The notes beneath the pieces are model-generated. The model was not told the origin of the DNA. It was given only the letters and a program-made list of their open reading frames with translations, and did not search any database. Of a DNA stretch of 64,000 bases, positions 62,343-64,000 are shown in pieces. The stretch covers positions 620,001 through 684,000 of the forward strand of contig CM061255.1 of the NCBI GenBank assembly GCA_022605425.2, given 5' to 3'. Made by a program: the position numbers and the translations under genes. Source of the stretch: Hamiltosporidium tvaerminnensis FI-OER-3-3 (taxonomy: Eukaryota > Fungi > Microsporidia). Within the stretch, counting starts at the first letter, position 1, and each line of letters begins with the position of its first letter.

Positions 62343-63456
62343 GAACAATGTATATAAGACAAATGGTTAGTAAATTTAATTCTTTAATATATTTATCTGA
62401 ATATATTGGTGTTGTTTTTTGAGCAAAAGACCGAATGCAGATATGGTGGCTATATATAACGGGTCGGTTTACAAAAAGTCGTGTTTGTTTATTTGCTGAT
62501 CTTGTTTAATTGTCTAGATTGTATCATTTTTACCCTTTTTATATGTGTCGTTGTTCTTATATAAATTATTTTCAAAATAAATATAATAATTATTTTAAAG
62601 ATTGTAAAATTCCTATATATTATAAAAGCAATTAACCACATATTTTTTGCTTAAGAATGTTTTAAAAACCAACGTATTATTTAATTCCGACTTAAATTAC
62701 ATTTTACGATGATTTTACCTATCTTTTATCTTTAAAATGAGTTTATATAAATTATAACAAATATAATGGCTAATATCTATGAATCCATTCAGTTAAAATT
62801 AACTCTAGATGTAGAAAATATATTTAAGTAGCAAAAATGAGGTTTATTTATATATTTTATTAAGACGTCTGGCATGCTTATTTCAAAGTATACTTTAAAA
62901 ATTTCTATTTATTTAAACCATTCAAATACTATAAAGCTATTGGTATTTTCCTCAATTTTTAAATGTATATTTTTCGTCTGCTTTATAGTGAAAAATCAAA
63001 TTACACAACTCAAATTGATATATAAAGCATAAATGAATTTTATTTTTTTATATCTCTTTCTAATATAATAAAAATTAGAAGATATTAGGAAATGCGTTTT
63101 TTTTAGATACTTATCCTTTAAGTATTCTGATAAACTAGAGAAGAATATATTGTGTATAAATACTGACTGCATATAAGATTATTTTTAGAACTTTTAAATT
63201 GATTTATCACTCTATTCGCATTGCTTTAATACTTAAAGAATAGATGCTTTCTATCTAATTAAAATAATAATATAATTAAAAAGTAATCACTTTGTAAAGT
63301 AATCTAAAAAATTGATCAAACAAATTCTTTTTAAATAATATAAAGCATCAAGATTTGAATTACTAGAAGACACTTTAAATCCAAAAAGTCTTTTCTGAAA
63401 TTATTAAAGTATAATATAAATCAAAAAAAAATATAATTATGACAATAAAATGTTAA

Positions 63457-64000
63457 GTGGAGGGAGGATAACCACATAAAAAACTTTCTGCTTGGCAATG
63501 AGTGTGTGAAACTGGTGCGAGATCATTGTTTGGATTTTTGGTGGGAATACAACCACACTACATCTTCGGTTGTTCCATAGGAGTTGTTATGAGGAGGAGA
63601 GGTCTAAGAAATGGAGAAACTTTTTCTACAAATTTATTTGTAGTTTTTTACGTAACCAGATTGCAGACCGCAGCTGAACATGTAGGTAATTGCCATGTAA
63701 AAGCATGGAAACCTAGCCTTGCTCACTCGGGTTAGAAGACTTAGCGCCTGGGAGATATAAAATAAAAAACCATTTAAAGCCGGGAGAGCTAAGTAGCAGG
63801 TTATACCTGTTGGTATGACATTGCACTGTCTAGGTGGACCCCATGTAAATCTCTAAAATATATCTTAGCTAGAAGTTTATTGGATTCAGAAAGTGTAGAG
63901 TAAGTGGGAATGCTGCATAGTCTTGGGGGAGCCCGGGGGGCTTCGGCCTTCGATCACACTCCATGCAACGGACATTAACGAACTCCGGGCAACTTCCTCG
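63457..64000 (+). mobile_element. ~730-nt structured repeat, young copy, cut by window end
   Basis: Nearly identical to 36001-36545. Confidence 0.95.

Overview
AT-rich, gene-sparse eukaryotic DNA that looks microsporidian: short divergent genes with no introns seen, CCC/GGG motifs just upstream of start codons, and GH19 chitinases. Host genes: a MutS homolog running off the left end (absent from the ORF track), Utp11, U2 snRNA, GPI8, a secreted unknown protein, Nse2/Mms21, a MYST acetyltransferase, two tandem GH19 chitinases, an RFC small subunit, eIF5A, a small membrane protein, a SUN-domain protein and a P5A ATPase. Mobile DNA: three full-length but frameshifted copies and two 3' fragments of a single-ORF non-LTR retrotransposon (RT, CCHC, PD-(D/E)xK endonuclease; R4/NeSL-type). 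The best candidate for an undescribed system is a dispersed, non-coding, apparently highly structured ~730-nt element present about 8 times. One copy has a 12-bp target-site duplication. It shares a 3' stem-loop (loop ending TGTTA[A/G](A)CC[C/T]AG) with the retrotransposon, which suggests a non-tRNA-like SINE-type RNA mobilised by this LINE. The LINE itself starts 0-9 nt before its ATG. About 54.8-56.0 kb is probably an assembly artefact. All alignments and pairings were done by eye.
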